Shown here piece by piece: positions 22,807 through 31,836 of a stretch of DNA of 64,000 bases. Both the position numbers and the translations under genes were made by a program. Below the pieces are notes generated by a model, which ran no database searches, had not been told where the DNA came from, and was given only the letters and a program-made list of their open reading frames with translations. Every line of letters starts with the position of its first letter. The first letter of the stretch is position 1. Source of the DNA: an uncultured delta proteobacterium (lineage in GTDB: Bacteria; Desulfobacterota; Desulfobaccia; Desulfobaccales; 0-14-0-80-60-11); the NCBI GenBank assembly GCA_963808395.1, contig CAWEFJ010000006.1:38845-102844 (forward strand), in the 5' to 3' direction.

Positions 22807-22994
22807 GGTTCTAAAGAATAGGTGGCAGTGCCCACCCTAGATTTTCTTGTCTGCTGGACACGCTGAGCGCCGCGAAGCATCTCATATTTAGAGATGCTTC
22901 GGTCGCCTCCGGCTCCCTCAGAATGACAAGCAATAGCCTCGTATTATCTTGTCGCTTAAGTCTTATAGGGCGGCCTATGGCCGCCGACACGGCG
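22807..22994. repeat. ~190-bp structured dispersed element, copy 1
   Basis: Collinear with 28999-29191 at roughly 80 percent identity by eye. Shared blocks: GGTTCTAA(A/G)GAAT.GGTGG(G)CAGTGCCCACC, CGAAGCATCTC...GAGAT.CTTCGGTCGCCT.CGGCTCCCTCAGAATGA, TCTTATAGGGCGGCCT.TGGCCGCCGAC. It contains a perfect 11-bp hairpin, CGAAGCATCTC/GAGATGCTTCG. Confidence 0.85.
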
Positions 22995-23271
22995 GGCCCG
23001 CTCCGCCCCTCCGTCACTTCTGCACTTATTCGGGTCGACTTCCACGCGAACAGACATTAAACCTCACCTCATTGGCTTTAGTAACGGGCCGCTCTTCCGA
23101 ATGGCCGCGTTATAGCGAGCCGCCGTCAACCGGTTTGTTTTATGTAGGGGCGGACCCGCGTGTCCGCCCTATGGTGGGCGCAAACATGGGCTGCCTGCCT
23201 ACAAAAGATTCTTCAACTTTTGATGGTAGCTTGGGAACTATCCGGGAGGAGCTGGCTGTCCTTACCGCGGG

Positions 23272-24732
23272 TTAGCGGGATTGGGAGGCGCGCCGCTCCC
23301 GGCCCAGAGAAGCCGGGCGGGCGGGAACGCCTGCCGGGGCGAGGGCTTGCCGCTGATACTCCCGGGCGCGCCGCACCAGGCCCGGGGCCCATTGGGGCGA
23401 TCCCAAGGCGTGGAGGTGGGTGTAAGTGGCCAGGACGTTGTGCAGGATGAGACCTTCCCGCTGCCCCCCCATGCCGGTGCCCCGGGTGAGCCGGAAGGCC
23501 ATGGCGGCCCCGGCTGCCGGTTCCGGGGAGATTTGGGAGTAGTGGAACTCATGGCCCCGGAGCCGGGCCCCCACGGGGAAGAAGGGGTTTTCCCGGACCA
23601 CTTCCAGGGTGGTGTAACCGTGACCCTGGGGTCTTTTTTCCATGACAAAGTCGTAGGGGAAGAGCCCCACCATGGGAAATCTTTCTCCCTGGACCTGGAG
23701 GTTCTCCCCTAAATACATGAGGCCGCCGCATTCGGCGTAGATGGGAAGGCCGGCCAGGGCCGCGGCCTTGACCGCGTGGCGGAAACTGAGGTTATCGGCC
23801 AGACTCCGGGCGTGGGTCTCGGGAAAGCCGCCGCCGATATAGAGGCCGTCGAGTTGGGGAGGCAGGAGGGGATCGTCCAGGGCGCTGATCTCCACCAGTT
23901 TGGCGCCTTGACGCTCCAGGGCCTCCAGGTTTTCCGGATAGTAAAATTGAAAGGCGGAGTCCCGGATGACCCCGAGGGTTACCGGCGTTCCCGGGCCGGC
24001 CCCGGGAGAGAGGGAGAGGCCAGGCCGCCGCGGCAGCGGCGGCGCCTGGGCCGCCAAGCGCCAGAGGCCCTCCAGATCCAGGTAACGGTGGGCCAGGTCC
24101 CGGGCGGTGCGGATGGCCTTGATGGCAGTGGCGTGCTCCTGCGGGGGCACCAGGCCCATGTGCCGTTCCGGAAAGACTTCACACTTGAGACGGGGAATGG
24201 CCCCCAGCACCGGGAGGCCGCAGTAGCGTTGGATGGTGCTCCGCAGCATCTCTTCATGGCGCGGCCGGGCCACCTGGTTGAGAATCACGCCCCGGAGGGG
24301 CACCTGGGGGTCGAAGTGCTGGCAACCCAGCACCAGGGCGGCGGCGGTGCGGGTGGTCATGGTGCAGTCCACCACCAGCACCACCGGAGTGGCCAGAAAT
24401 TTGGCCAGCTCGGCAGTGCTATAAGTTCCCTGGGCATCCAGGCCGTCGTAAAGACCGCGGTTGCCTTCGATGAGGAGGGCGTCTGCCTGGTCGGCGTGGC
24501 GGACCACCATGGCCATAATCTGGTCCCCCTCCATGAGGAAGGGGTCCAGATTGTGGCTGGGGCAGCCGGCGGCCAGGGCGTGCCAGGCCGGGTCGATGTA
24601 GTCGGGACCCTTCTTGAAGGGCACCAGCCGCCGTCCCTGGTCGCGCCAGGCGGCCAGGAGCCCCAAGGTCAAGGTGGTTTTGCCCGCCCCACCCCGCAGG
24701 GCAGCCAGCAGCAGGCGGGGGCAGTTCATCAA
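23272..24732 (-). CDS. dsrN: cobyrinic acid a,c-diamide synthase homologue in dsr context (DsrN-type siroheme amidase)
   Basis: LLLAALRGGAGKTTLTLGLLAAW...FKKGPDYIDPAWH... plus a C-terminal glutamine amidotransferase-like half (YAECGGLMYLG). The start overlaps the dsrD stop (TTGATGA). Confidence 0.85.
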   Translation of the reverse strand: MMNCPRLLLAALRGGAGKTTLTLGLLAAWRDQGRRLVPFKKGPDYIDPAWHALAAGCPSHNLDPFLMEGDQIMAMVVRHADQADALLIEGNRGLYDGLDAQGTYSTAELAKFLATPVVLVVDCTMTTRTAAALVLGCQHFDPQVPLRGVILNQVARPRHEEMLRSTIQRYCGLPVLGAIPRLKCEVFPERHMGLVPPQEHATAIKAIRTARDLAHRYLDLEGLWRLAAQAPPLPRRPGLSLSPGAGPGTPVTLGVIRDSAFQFYYPENLEALERQGAKLVEISALDDPLLPPQLDGLYIGGGFPETHARSLADNLSFRHAVKAAALAGLPIYAECGGLMYLGENLQVQGERFPMVGLFPYDFVMEKRPQGHGYTTLEVVRENPFFPVGARLRGHEFHYSQISPEPAAGAAMAFRLTRGTGMGGQREGLILHNVLATYTHLHALGSPQWAPGLVRRAREYQRQALAPAGVPARPASLGRERRASQSR

Positions 24733-24974
24733 CTTCTCTTTGCCGCGCCTTCTTCGTGGGGGATCTCGACGAAGCTCCCGCCGAAGTAAGTGTAAACGCA
24801 GCGAGCGCTGTCGATCAGTTCCTTGATGGCGAACTTCACCATGGTCTTGTCCTGGTCAGGATGGGCTTTGAGCACGGCCTTCTGCAGGTCCATGGCCTTG
24901 AGCTGCTTCTTGCCCTGGGCCGATTTGACCAGGTCGTAGATGAATTCCACCAACTCTGCTTTGGATAGTGCCAT
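24729..24974 (-). CDS. dsrD: DsrD (small winged-helix protein of reductive dsr operons)
   Basis: 81-aa lysine-rich ORF 13 nt downstream of dsrB. The call rests on size, position and the C-terminal YTYFGGSFVEIP pattern. Confidence 0.75.
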   Translation of the reverse strand: MALSKAELVEFIYDLVKSAQGKKQLKAMDLQKAVLKAHPDQDKTMVKFAIKELIDSARCVYTYFGGSFVEIPHEEGAAKRS

Positions 24975-24987
24975 TTATCCCACCTGC

Positions 24988-26058
24988 CTAGAATTTAAAA
25001 TGCATCGACGTCCGATAGGTATCATAAGCCCAGCGGTAGTCGTCGATGTGCTGGAAGGTGAAGGGAATGTCGCATACCTCGAAGAACTTCTCCCAACCGA
25101 TGCGCTCCACCCATTCGCCGACGCGTTCCCACTTGTTGGCGCCTTCGGCGTACTTGGTGATGATCTTGCGGACCGCCTGCACCACTTCCGGCCAGCGGGG
25201 CGGGTTGTTGGGCAGATAGGGCACCGCCAGTTTGGAGAACATGGGCGGGGTCTTGGAGTTGGAGACCTTGCCGCCCACCAGCAGGGCGACGCCGCCTTTC
25301 TGGGCGTCGAACACCGGCAGGGCCGGGCACATGGTGTAGCAGTTGCCGCAGTACATGCAGCGCTCTTCGTTGATGACCACGCTCTTCAAGGTCTTGTCCG
25401 GATGGGGCCGGATGGCGCCGGTGGGACAAGCGGCGATGGTGGTGGGAATTTCGCACAGGTGGCGCAGCCTCTCGTGATTCACCTTGGGCGGGGTGCGGTG
25501 GATGCCCAGGATGGCGATGTCGGAGCAGTGCACCGCGCCGCACATGTTAAGGCAGCAGGCCAGGGCGATGCGCACCTGGGCCGGCAGCTTGTGGCTTCCG
25601 AAATATTCAAACAGATCATCCATCACCGACTTGACGATGCCTGAGGCGTCGATGGCCGGGGTATGGCAATGGACCCAGCCCTGGGTATGGACGATGTTGC
25701 TCACCGAGTGGCCGGTGGCGCCGATGGGCACGCCCAGCTTTTTGCAGGCGTCCTTGACGCCGGCGATCTTGCTCTGATCGGTGAGGAGAAACTCGACGTT
25801 GTTCCGGCTGGTGAAGCGCAGATAGCCGTCGCAGAATTTGTCGGCCACGTCGCACAGTTCTTTGACGAAGTCGGTGGTTACCAGCCGGGGAGACCCACCC
25901 CGGACGGAAAAGACCTTGGCCCCGGACTCGGATACGTGCACCAGCACCCCGGGTTCCAGGATCTCGTGATATTTCCACTTGCCGTAGTTCTCTTTGATAA
26001 TGGGAGGCAAGAATTTGTCAAATTTCGGCGGTCCAATATCAGTAATACGCTCAGCCAT
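24988..26058 (-). CDS. dsrB: dissimilatory sulfite reductase beta subunit
   Basis: 356 aa. [24 protein letters not shown]...[17 protein letters not shown]...[17 protein letters not shown]...CPTGAI...[12 protein letters not shown]. Confidence 0.95.
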   Translation of the reverse strand: MAERITDIGPPKFDKFLPPIIKENYGKWKYHEILEPGVLVHVSESGAKVFSVRGGSPRLVTTDFVKELCDVADKFCDGYLRFTSRNNVEFLLTDQSKIAGVKDACKKLGVPIGATGHSVSNIVHTQGWVHCHTPAIDASGIVKSVMDDLFEYFGSHKLPAQVRIALACCLNMCGAVHCSDIAILGIHRTPPKVNHERLRHLCEIPTTIAACPTGAIRPHPDKTLKSVVINEERCMYCGNCYTMCPALPVFDAQKGGVALLVGGKVSNSKTPPMFSKLAVPYLPNNPPRWPEVVQAVRKIITKYAEGANKWERVGEWVERIGWEKFFEVCDIPFTFQHIDDYRWAYDTYRTSMHFKF

Positions 26059-26121
26059 TGTCTTAATTCCTCCTTATCTAATCGCCCTTAATCAGCTAAG
26101 GGACTTGAATGGGCGATGACC

Positions 26122-27363
26122 TTAAAGCTTGATGTATTTGCGGCCCTTGCCCTCGGCCTCGAAATCTTCCGCATGCCAGAAGAAGAAGGGGTTGGCCCGG
26201 GGGGTCCGGATGGTCTGCGGGGGCGGCTCCAGGCCCACGGACTGGAAGAAATTCCGCATGCCCAGGCGCAGCATCAACTCACCGGTGCGCTCCCGGTTCT
26301 TGCCATGTTCCGACCACCATTCATGGATATTGCCCACCAGCTCCATGAATTCGTCATAGGGCGCCTCCATGGGCATGAAGGGCACGATAACCCAGCTCAT
26401 CTGGGCGCCTTCCAGGATGGGGGCGTGGGAGCCCAGGAGCAGGGTGGCGCCGGTTTCGGTGCCGATCCGCAGGGCCTGGGGCATCAGGCTGATGCAGTGC
26501 ATGCAATGGTTGCAGTTCTTATTGTCGATGGCCAGCTTCTTGCCGTCATATTTCATGCAGATAGTGGGGCAGAGGTCGGTGACGTCGGCCTTGATATCCA
26601 GCTTGGCATAAGGGGTGCCACCGGCCCGGGGTTTCAGTTCGCCGGCCGCATAGGCCGCCACCGCAGCCTGATCGATGCGGATGTCGTCCTTCCAGACGCC
26701 GATGACGCTCATATCGGCCCGGGCCACCGCGGCCACGCAGTCGTTGGGGCAGCCGGAGCATTTGATCTTGAACTTATAGGGGAAGGAGGGGCGGTGCATA
26801 TCGAACTGGAAGTTCTGGGTGACCTGGTAGCACAGGTCCATGGTGTCATAGCAGGAGTATTCGCACCGGGCCTTGCCCACGCAGCAACTGGGGGTACGCA
26901 TGGCGGAGCCGGAGCCCCCCAGGTCCCAGCCCTTGGCGGTCAGGGCCGCAAAAGTGGGCTCCAGCTCATCGGTGGTGGTGCCCAGGAAGACCAGGTCGCC
27001 GGTGGAGCCGTGCACGTTCAGGGCGCCGGAGCCGTGCTCGTCCCAGATGGCGCAGAGCTCCCGCAGGGCCTTGCTGGTGTAGAACCACCCTGAGGGCTGG
27101 TTGATCCGAATGGTATGGAAGTGCTCCACACCGGGGAATTCGTTGGGCAGGTCGGAGTAGCGGCCGATGATGCCGGAGCCGTAACCCAGGACGCCCACGA
27201 TGCCGCCGTGCTTCCAATGGGTGATCTTGTCCTTATAGGAGCGCTCCAACTGCCGTAGTAAGTCCCGGGTTGCCGGCTTTCTGGCGGCCACCCGCTTCAG
27301 GTCCTTGACAAAGCTGGGCCAAGGTCCGGTTTCGAGTTGATCCAACAGCGGGGTTTCGGACAT
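26122..27363 (-). CDS. dsrA: dissimilatory sulfite reductase alpha subunit
   Basis: 413 aa. GPWPSFVKDLK...HWKHGGIVGVLGYGSGIIGRYSD...RTPSCCVGKARCEYSCYDT...KCSGCPNDCVAAVARADMSVIG...CNHCMHC. Confidence 0.95.
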   Translation of the reverse strand: MSETPLLDQLETGPWPSFVKDLKRVAARKPATRDLLRQLERSYKDKITHWKHGGIVGVLGYGSGIIGRYSDLPNEFPGVEHFHTIRINQPSGWFYTSKALRELCAIWDEHGSGALNVHGSTGDLVFLGTTTDELEPTFAALTAKGWDLGGSGSAMRTPSCCVGKARCEYSCYDTMDLCYQVTQNFQFDMHRPSFPYKFKIKCSGCPNDCVAAVARADMSVIGVWKDDIRIDQAAVAAYAAGELKPRAGGTPYAKLDIKADVTDLCPTICMKYDGKKLAIDNKNCNHCMHCISLMPQALRIGTETGATLLLGSHAPILEGAQMSWVIVPFMPMEAPYDEFMELVGNIHEWWSEHGKNRERTGELMLRLGMRNFFQSVGLEPPPQTIRTPRANPFFFWHAEDFEAEGKGRKYIKL

Positions 27364-27430
27364 GAAACTCTCCTCCCTCTTGTAATGGTCCCCAAAGGGC
27401 TTATTCTTTTTTTCACAAAATCATTCCTAT

Positions 27431-27457
27431 CTCATAACATCGCAAGACATTTGTCAA
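27431..27457 (-). promoter_or_regulatory. possible sigma-70-type promoter for dsrA
   Basis: The minus strand reads TTGACA (27457-27452), a 15-nt spacer, then TATGAG (27436-27431). The spacer is short. A strong RBS, GGGAGGAGAG, precedes the ATG. Confidence 0.25.
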
Positions 27458-27472
27458 CTAAAAAATTGGAGC

Positions 27473-28786
27473 CTAAGAGGCCTCCAGGAATTGCACCGCT
27501 CCCAGTTCCTGCAAGGCCTCGGCGTAGCGGGCCGCCGGCCCCATCACCAGGATGACCAGGGACTCGGGGTGCAGATGCTCCTGCGCCGATTGGGCCGCGG
27601 TCTTCAGGGAAACGCCGCGAATTTGCTCACAATAACCCTGCAGGTAATCCCGGCCCAGGTCGAAGAGATCGATGGACAGCAGTTGCCGGCTGATGCCCCC
27701 GGGGTTCTCCAGGCCCAGGGGGAAATGCCCCACGTAATAACTCTGGGCCTCCTCCAGTTCCTGGGAAGTGAGCCCCTGTTGCCTTAAGTCCCGGACCACC
27801 CGGCCGATTTCCTGCACCACCGCGGCGGTGTTGGCCGCCGGGGTGAAGGTGGAGATGATAAAGGGGCCCGGGGCCCGGCGAAAGGAGAAGCTGCTGCGGA
27901 TGCCGTAGGTGAAACCCAGATCCGAGCGGATGCGGGTCATGAGGCGGGAGGAGAAGCCGCCCTCCCCCAGGATGTAGTTCACCAGCTTCAGGGGGAAGTA
28001 ATCCGGGTGGGAGCGGGGCAGGCCCAGGTGCCCAACCCGAATCTCACTTTGGGTCAAATCGGGGCGGTCCAGGAGATAGATGCCGGGGGAGCAGACCTTA
28101 TCAGGCGGCGCAGTGAAGGCCGGGCTGGCGGGGCCGCCGCCGCGAAAGTTCCCCCAGAGGCGCCCGGCTTCCCGAACCAGGGTGGCGAACTCCACCATGC
28201 CCACCGCCACCAGGGTGGCGGTCCCGGGAGTGAACTCCCGCTGATAAAAGCCTTGCAGATCAGCGAGGGAGAGGGCGTCCAGGGTCCGCAGGTCGCCCGG
28301 CGCCGGGTGGCCATAGGGCGAATCGCCGAAGAACAGGCGCAGGTAACGCAGACTGGCCATCTCCCGGGGGTCCTGCAACTGTTGCACCAGCTCGGCGCGG
28401 CGGCGCTCCCGGATCAGCAGGAACTCATCCTCCGGAAAGGCCGGGGTCTGGACGATCTCCGCCAGGGTGGCCAGATGTTCCTCAAAATCCTCGGCCAGGC
28501 CCTCGAGAGAGATCAGGGTGGCGTCAAAGCCGGAGCGGCCCGAGAGGGACGCTCCCCGGGCTTCAATATCCTGGGCCAGTTGCAACTGGCTGCGGCGGGA
28601 AGATCCCAGGGTGAGGAGCTCCGCGGCCCAGTCGGCCACCCCGGCCTTGCCCGGCGGGTCGGTCTCGGAGCCCCGCTTGGCCATGAAGGTGAGACTCAGC
28701 CAGGGCGCCCGGGCGTACTCCACCCCCAGCAGGTTCATGCCATTGGGCAGGGTAGCCTGGTGGATTTCGGGGATATAGTTTGGCAT
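27473..28786 (-). CDS. M16 (pitrilysin) family peptidase-like subunit lacking an obvious HxxEH motif
   Basis: 437-aa two-lobe M16 architecture (LPNGMNLLGVEYARAPWLSLTFMAKRGSETDP...). It lies downstream of the HxxEH-containing M16 gene. Confidence 0.8.
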   Translation of the reverse strand: MPNYIPEIHQATLPNGMNLLGVEYARAPWLSLTFMAKRGSETDPPGKAGVADWAAELLTLGSSRRSQLQLAQDIEARGASLSGRSGFDATLISLEGLAEDFEEHLATLAEIVQTPAFPEDEFLLIRERRRAELVQQLQDPREMASLRYLRLFFGDSPYGHPAPGDLRTLDALSLADLQGFYQREFTPGTATLVAVGMVEFATLVREAGRLWGNFRGGGPASPAFTAPPDKVCSPGIYLLDRPDLTQSEIRVGHLGLPRSHPDYFPLKLVNYILGEGGFSSRLMTRIRSDLGFTYGIRSSFSFRRAPGPFIISTFTPAANTAAVVQEIGRVVRDLRQQGLTSQELEEAQSYYVGHFPLGLENPGGISRQLLSIDLFDLGRDYLQGYCEQIRGVSLKTAAQSAQEHLHPESLVILVMGPAARYAEALQELGAVQFLEAS

Positions 28787-28800
28787 ATTAAGGTCCTTTT

Positions 28801-28833
28801 AGTGAGCAGTGAGCAGTAAGCAGTGAGCAGTGA
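28801..28833. repeat. tandem heptamer array (AGTGAGC/GTGAGCA) about 4.7 units
   Basis: agtgagcagtgagcagtaagcagtgagcagtga. It is the reverse complement of the array at 29221-29248. Confidence 0.95.
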
Positions 28834-28998
28834 ACCCCTGGTGGATTTCGGGGATATAATTTGCCATCTTAACTCCTGTTTTCGGTTTTCAGGCGGTTTC
28901 GTTGCAAAAAAATTAATAATGGCAGCGGCATCCTTTATAGGCGCCTTAGCAACCTCAACAATCAAAGCGATTTAAATTCAATAAGGTTCATTTAAAGA

Positions 28999-29191
28999 GG
29001 TTCTAAGGAATCGGTGGGCAGTGCCCACCCCAGTTTCTAGTCTTCATCTCATGCTGCGCGAGGCGAAGCATCTCCATTCAGAGATTCTTCGGTCGCCTGC
29101 GGCTCCCTCAGAATGAGAAGAAATGACCTGGTATCATCTTGGTGCTTTAATAAACAGTCTTATAGGGCGGCCTGTGGCCGCCGACCCGGCG
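28999..29191. repeat. ~190-bp structured dispersed element, copy 2
   Basis: See copy 1 (22807-22994). This copy lies between the two inverted heptamer arrays. Confidence 0.85.
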
Positions 29192-29220
29192 CGGCCAGAC
29201 CCCCCTGGTTTGGCTTTTTC

Positions 29221-29248
29221 TGCTCACTGCTCACTGCTCACTGCTCAC
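29221..29248. repeat. tandem heptamer array (TGCTCAC)x4; contains the stop codon of the upstream M16 gene
   Basis: tgctcactgctcactgctcactgctcac. On the minus strand the gene ends ...CCG TTG GCG TGA GCA GTG AGC. Confidence 0.95.
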
Positions 29249-30522
29249 GCCAACGGCCCTAAAGAGGCGCTCTCTTCCGGGGAGACCGGCTGCAGGGTGA
29301 CCACGGTGCGGTTGTCGGGGCGCAGGTAGGTCTGGGCCACGCGCCGGATGTCCGCCTCGCTGACCGCCTCGAAGGAGGCCAGGATGCGGTTGGCCCGGGA
29401 GGCGTCGCCGGTCTTCAGGTGAAAGAGCCCCGCCAGCAGGCCCCGGAAGAAGTTGTGAGCCAGGCTTCTGACCATTTGGGCCCGCAGCAATTTCTTGGCC
29501 CGGGCCAACTCCAGGGATTCCACTCCGTCCCGGCGCAGACGCTCCAGGGACTGCCAGACCTCCTCTTCCAGGGCCGCCAGGGGGGAGCCCGGAGCAGCCA
29601 CCGCCACCACCACCAGGAGGTCGGGATCCTGGGCCGAAAAGGGCAGGGGGGCCAGCTCCACTTCCAGGGAGGCGGCCTTGCCGGGGCGCACAAACTCCTG
29701 GTGAAAGCGGGAGGCCTTGCCGCCGGTGAGGATGGTGGCCAAGAGCTGCAAGGGATAATAGTCCGGATGCCCCATGTCCACCACATGGTAGCCCGCCAGC
29801 AGGGCCTCCACCTGGGAGACCTTCTTGACCACGGCGCGGCGTTCGCCCCGCTGGGGCGGCTCGGTGAAGGGGTGGGGCGCCGGCGCCCCGGGGTTGGGGA
29901 TAGCCCCGAAGTGGCGGGCCACCAGGTCCCGGGCCTGGCCGGGGTCGGCGTCCCCGGCGATGACCACCGTCAGCTTGCCCGGGTGGTAGTGGCTGCGGTA
30001 GTAGGCCAGGCAATCCTTCAGGCTCAGGTGGCGCAAATCCTGGTCCCAGCCGATCACCGGCCACTGGTAGGGGTGCTGGGTGTAGGCGGTGGCGAACAGC
30101 TCCTCCTCCACCAGGCCCAGGGGACTGTCCACGCTCCGCAGTTTGCGCTCGCTGATCACTACCTGCAACTCCGGGGCAAAGGTGTCGTTATCCAGCTTCA
30201 GGTGCAACAGGCGATCGGCCTCCAGCTCGAGCCCCAACTCCAGGTGCTCGGAGGGCAGGTTTTCGAAGTATGAGGTGTGATCCCGGGTGGTGAAGGCGTT
30301 GATCTCGCCGCCCCTGGACTGGAGGATGCGGGAGAACTCTTCGGGTCCCCGGGTCTCGGTGCCCCGAAACATCAGGTGCTCGAAGAGGTGGGAGATGCCG
30401 GTGATTCCCGGCAATTCGTTCCGGGAGCCCACCTGATAATGGAGTTGCAGGGAGACGATGGGGAGACTCCGGTCGGGCAAGACCAGGAGGGTGAGGCCAT
30501 TATCCAGGGTGTCCTGCACCAT
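29245..30522 (-). CDS. M16 (pitrilysin) family zinc peptidase, active-site subunit
   Basis: HxxEH motif in GISHLFEHLMFRGT. Start taken at MVQDTLDNGLTLLVLP (30522). The listed ORF extends upstream through a palindromic repeat and is probably too long. Confidence 0.85.
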   Translation of the reverse strand: MVQDTLDNGLTLLVLPDRSLPIVSLQLHYQVGSRNELPGITGISHLFEHLMFRGTETRGPEEFSRILQSRGGEINAFTTRDHTSYFENLPSEHLELGLELEADRLLHLKLDNDTFAPELQVVISERKLRSVDSPLGLVEEELFATAYTQHPYQWPVIGWDQDLRHLSLKDCLAYYRSHYHPGKLTVVIAGDADPGQARDLVARHFGAIPNPGAPAPHPFTEPPQRGERRAVVKKVSQVEALLAGYHVVDMGHPDYYPLQLLATILTGGKASRFHQEFVRPGKAASLEVELAPLPFSAQDPDLLVVVAVAAPGSPLAALEEEVWQSLERLRRDGVESLELARAKKLLRAQMVRSLAHNFFRGLLAGLFHLKTGDASRANRILASFEAVSEADIRRVAQTYLRPDNRTVVTLQPVSPEESASLGPLA

Positions 30523-30657
30523 TTCGATTCCCGGCTGCCAGGCCGCCGGCGCGAACTTGGGGGATGGGGTCACGGGTTCCTCCTGCCGATTTTGCGCTTC
30601 CCGCGCACCGCGGGGGAGGCGCTTGGATTGATATCGTGTTCTAAAATCTGGTTTCCA

Positions 30658-30692
30658 AATCTGGTTCCCAAGTTTAACTTGGGAACCAGATT
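30658..30692. repeat. perfect palindrome family, copy 1 (17+1+17)
   Basis: AATCTGGTTCCCAAGTT-T-AACTTGGGAACCAGATT, preceded by a degenerate half-site (30644-30657). Confidence 0.95.
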
Positions 30693-30724
30693 TGACCAGA
30701 TTGGAGAGATCCGCAAGATCCCTC

Positions 30725-31697
30725 TCAGGGAACCGGGCGAGGGGGTGGATAGCCGCTCCAGCGGCGCAGCAGGTCCTCATCCACTTCCATGGTTATGGGC
30801 GTCATTTGGGCGATGGGAATGCTCTTGGGGGACTCGCCCCGGAGGACCCGCCGGGCCAGGGCGGCGGTCTCCGCCCCCAGGCGGCGGTAGTCCAGGGCCA
30901 GCCACAATAATGCCCCCCGGTGCGATCCTTCGGGATAGCCGCTCACCACCATGACCTTGAGGCGGCGGCCCCAGTCCAGCAGCAAGGGGGCGTAGCGGGC
31001 GGCGCTGGCCGCGGGGGGGAGATAGATCACCCGGGCGCCCCGGGCCAGGAGGCGTTCCAGTTGGGGGCGATCCGTGGCCGCGGCGCGGCTCTCCTCGATC
31101 AAGGGTTTGATCCCCAACCCGGGAGCTAATTGGCCAAATTCCCGGGCCAGGTCCGCGGCCACCCCGTCGGTGGGATCGTACAACAGACCCCAGGGGGCGC
31201 TCCCCAGAAGGCCGGAGCCCTCTTTCAAGGCTGCTTCCAGGGGGGGCGGCGAGGCGATGCCGGTGACGTTCTCCTGATGATTCTCGGGATGCGCCGCGCG
31301 CATAGGCGGCCTTGGTGAAATAGGGATTGGCCACCAGGGCGAAGACCACCGGGGTGCTCTTCTCCACCGGGGCCACCTGCAGCAAGGCCGGGGTGCCCAG
31401 GACCACCAGCAGCCGGGGCCGGAGCTGCCGCGCCCGCCCCAGTTGCTCCCGGATTTCCCGGTCGGAGTCCGGGGCGCACACCACTTTCAGGGGAAGGTCC
31501 TGCAGGTTTTCTTCCAGGCCCGCAATGGCCTGGCGCATCCGCGGCGAATCCGGGGAGCAAAAGATGACGACGGGAGCCTGCCGGGAAGGGCGGCAGCCCC
31601 AGGCGGCCAGCGCCAGGGCCAGGAAAAGGATCAGGAGCTTGCGGTTTGGGGGTTGCGGTTTTCGGTATTTGCATCTCTGGGTTGGAATGGCAAACAT
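30725..31697 (-). CDS. ABC transporter substrate-binding protein (ABC_sub_bind-type), one frame change near 31290
   Basis: Signal/lipobox-like N-terminus (LLILFLALALAAWGC). Pieces lie in ORFs 30777..31793 and 30725..31303 (PVVFALVANPYF...NVTGIASPPP...VIYLPP...MVVSGYPEG...LDYRRLGAETAALARRVLRGESPKSIPI). Confidence 0.7.
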
Positions 31698-31744
31698 TAT
31701 CGAACCGATACCGGTTAATCGGTGCGCCTCATCGCGGTGATCTG

Positions 31745-31777
31745 ATCTCGTTCCCAAGTTAAACTTGGGAACGAGAT
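31745..31777. repeat. perfect palindrome family, copy 2 (16+1+16) with a compensatory change
   Basis: ATCTCGTTCCCAAGTT-A-AACTTGGGAACGAGAT. G to C in the left arm is matched by C to G in the right arm, relative to copies 1 and 3. Confidence 0.95.
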
Positions 31778-31786
31778 TGCAAAGGG

Positions 31787-31828
31787 AACTCAAAACTCAA
31801 AACTCAAAACTCGAAACTCGAAACTTAA
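31787..31828. repeat. tandem heptamer array (AACTCAA x3, AACTCGA x2, AACTTAA)
   Basis: Starts about 10 nt downstream of the lepB stop. On the lepB strand the units read GTTTCGA/GTTTTGA. Confidence 0.95.
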
Positions 31829-31836
31829 ATCGCCTC

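Noticed and set aside
22811-23275. ORFs 22811..23017 (-) and 22949..23275 (+), also 28735..28965 (-) and 29123..29329 (+)
   Set aside because: They lie entirely within repeat elements and heptamer arrays. Their peptide sequences are by-products of the repeats (for example SLLTAHCSLLTA).
23776-27093. Plus-strand ORFs 23776..24789, 24940..25644, 25663..26091 and 26116..27093
   Set aside because: Antisense to dsrN, dsrB and dsrA, which are unambiguous on the minus strand.
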